Assembly (NCBI GenBank): GCA_964016885.1
Contig: OZ024743.1
Coordinates: forward strand, 237,770,001 to 237,834,000
Length of the DNA: 64,000 nucleotides
Source of the DNA: Eledone cirrhosa
Taxonomy: Eukaryota
Reading direction: 5' to 3'
Shown one piece after another: positions 62,776 through 64,000 of this stretch; position 1 is the stretch's first letter; the number at the start of each line of letters is the position of its first letter. The position numbers and the translations under genes were made by a program. The notes below the pieces were generated by a model. It did no database searches, was not told the origin of the DNA, and saw only the letters and a program-made list of their open reading frames with translations.

Positions 62776-64000
62776 CTACAACCATGCAAGAAGCGGCCAC
62801 TCCTAAATGACTAGTTCAACTACTACTGTACACATTCTAGCTATTCAAATTTGCTTCTTCCTCAAAGTATCCAAGTGGCTGAACACTACCATTTTCAACA
62901 TTTAGACTCCTTAAATAACTCCTCAAAATGACATTGTGTTGAAGCCTAAATTCTGCAATATCAGGAATATGTTTAGATTTTTTATATAAGACTATTATTT
63001 ATCTCCCTATAGGTTATATGATTATTTTCTTTATCTTTCTGACTTTTTTTATATATTTATAACAGTTTTTTTAAAAACATATTTCTCTTATAAAATTCTA
63101 CCTATCTATAAAATTCTTGTGTACACCCTATCCCACTTTACCATTAGAATCTTTAACAACACTGTTAATAATAAATATCTGGAATACGTTCCAACTCAGA
63201 CTGATTGGGGTGACTTTCGTTCTTAAGCGTAGGGACGGGGAGTTTGGACCACATTCCTGGAGTGGTTGGAAATTATAAAGGTTTCCCTGTTCTCATTTTA
63301 TGATATACTCGGAACGGGTGGTGGATTCCCGGACCCAATGCGGGCACGTGGTCACCACCGAGGTCTGATTAGAACCCTTAACCACGCTTCTTCCTGTATA
63401 TTAGTATAGAATCACATTACACTGTAAAATCTAATATAAACCCAACCTTAGTTAACCAAACCGAACCGAACATTGACCTTTCTTAACTTTGTCCATTCCA
63501 AGATAATTGTATAACTTCCTCATTAAGATCATTAACATAACTCCTACTATTAATTATCTGCTGTACGTGACTACACTGACTGACTCCAGGGACTTCCATT
63601 TCTATCTTTTTGCCACTATCATTTATATACATATTCTAGTTCATTTATTTCTTCAATTAGGATAATAACCGCTATTATTTATCTGATTTATGCTGCACAA
63701 CCAACTAAATAATCTTTTTTTTTTTTTTTATACAGTGATTGTTATAGGCATACATATGTGGATTTGGGATTTCACCTCAGCCCTGTATATCCTTTAGCAC
63801 TATCAACTGGAGATCTATTCAGCATATTTTTCTGTAATTTGATACCCCTTACTGCAGGGACCCGCGATGACAGTTTTTAATTTTTACCTTGTAGGCTTAT
63901 TTAGAATTTTTTCGTAACCGTAATACAATTTTCTGTTAGTTGACCTATATACTAAAGGGCTTCACTGATAGGGTTATGTGTGTTAACATTTCCCAGTTCC

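Noticed and set aside
63735-63785. Minus-strand hammerhead relic (ctgaggt...acatatgta)
   Set aside because: GAAA and stem II are missing.

Overview
This is a gene-free, repeat-saturated animal genomic window. It is very probably octopus, judged from the octopus-type tRNA-derived SINEs and dense TA/CA microsatellites. I see no intact host gene; nearly all ORFs in the supplied track are microsatellite/satellite artefacts or decayed transposon fragments. Recognisable content: (i) several Penelope-like element (PLE) relics of Neptune-like and Naiad-like type (RT plus C-terminal GIY-YIG); (ii) RTE-clade LINEs, a CRE-like non-LTR element, Gypsy pol fragments and tRNA-SINEs; (iii) an internally deleted Helitron plus two non-autonomous Helitrons; (iv) a ~21 kb strand-asymmetric ~20-bp satellite (CCCCCAAATAAAAAACGGAT-like) with higher-order duplications, fused to a truncated LINE. 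The most interesting signal is a set of five clear and two degenerate type I hammerhead ribozyme motifs, most with palindromic stem III. Several sit in short (~440-540 bp) non-coding units showing partial-tandem and inverted-end architecture. These are candidate PLE pseudo-LTRs or PLE-mobilised, retrozyme-like self-cleaving RNA elements. All folds and alignments were done by eye.
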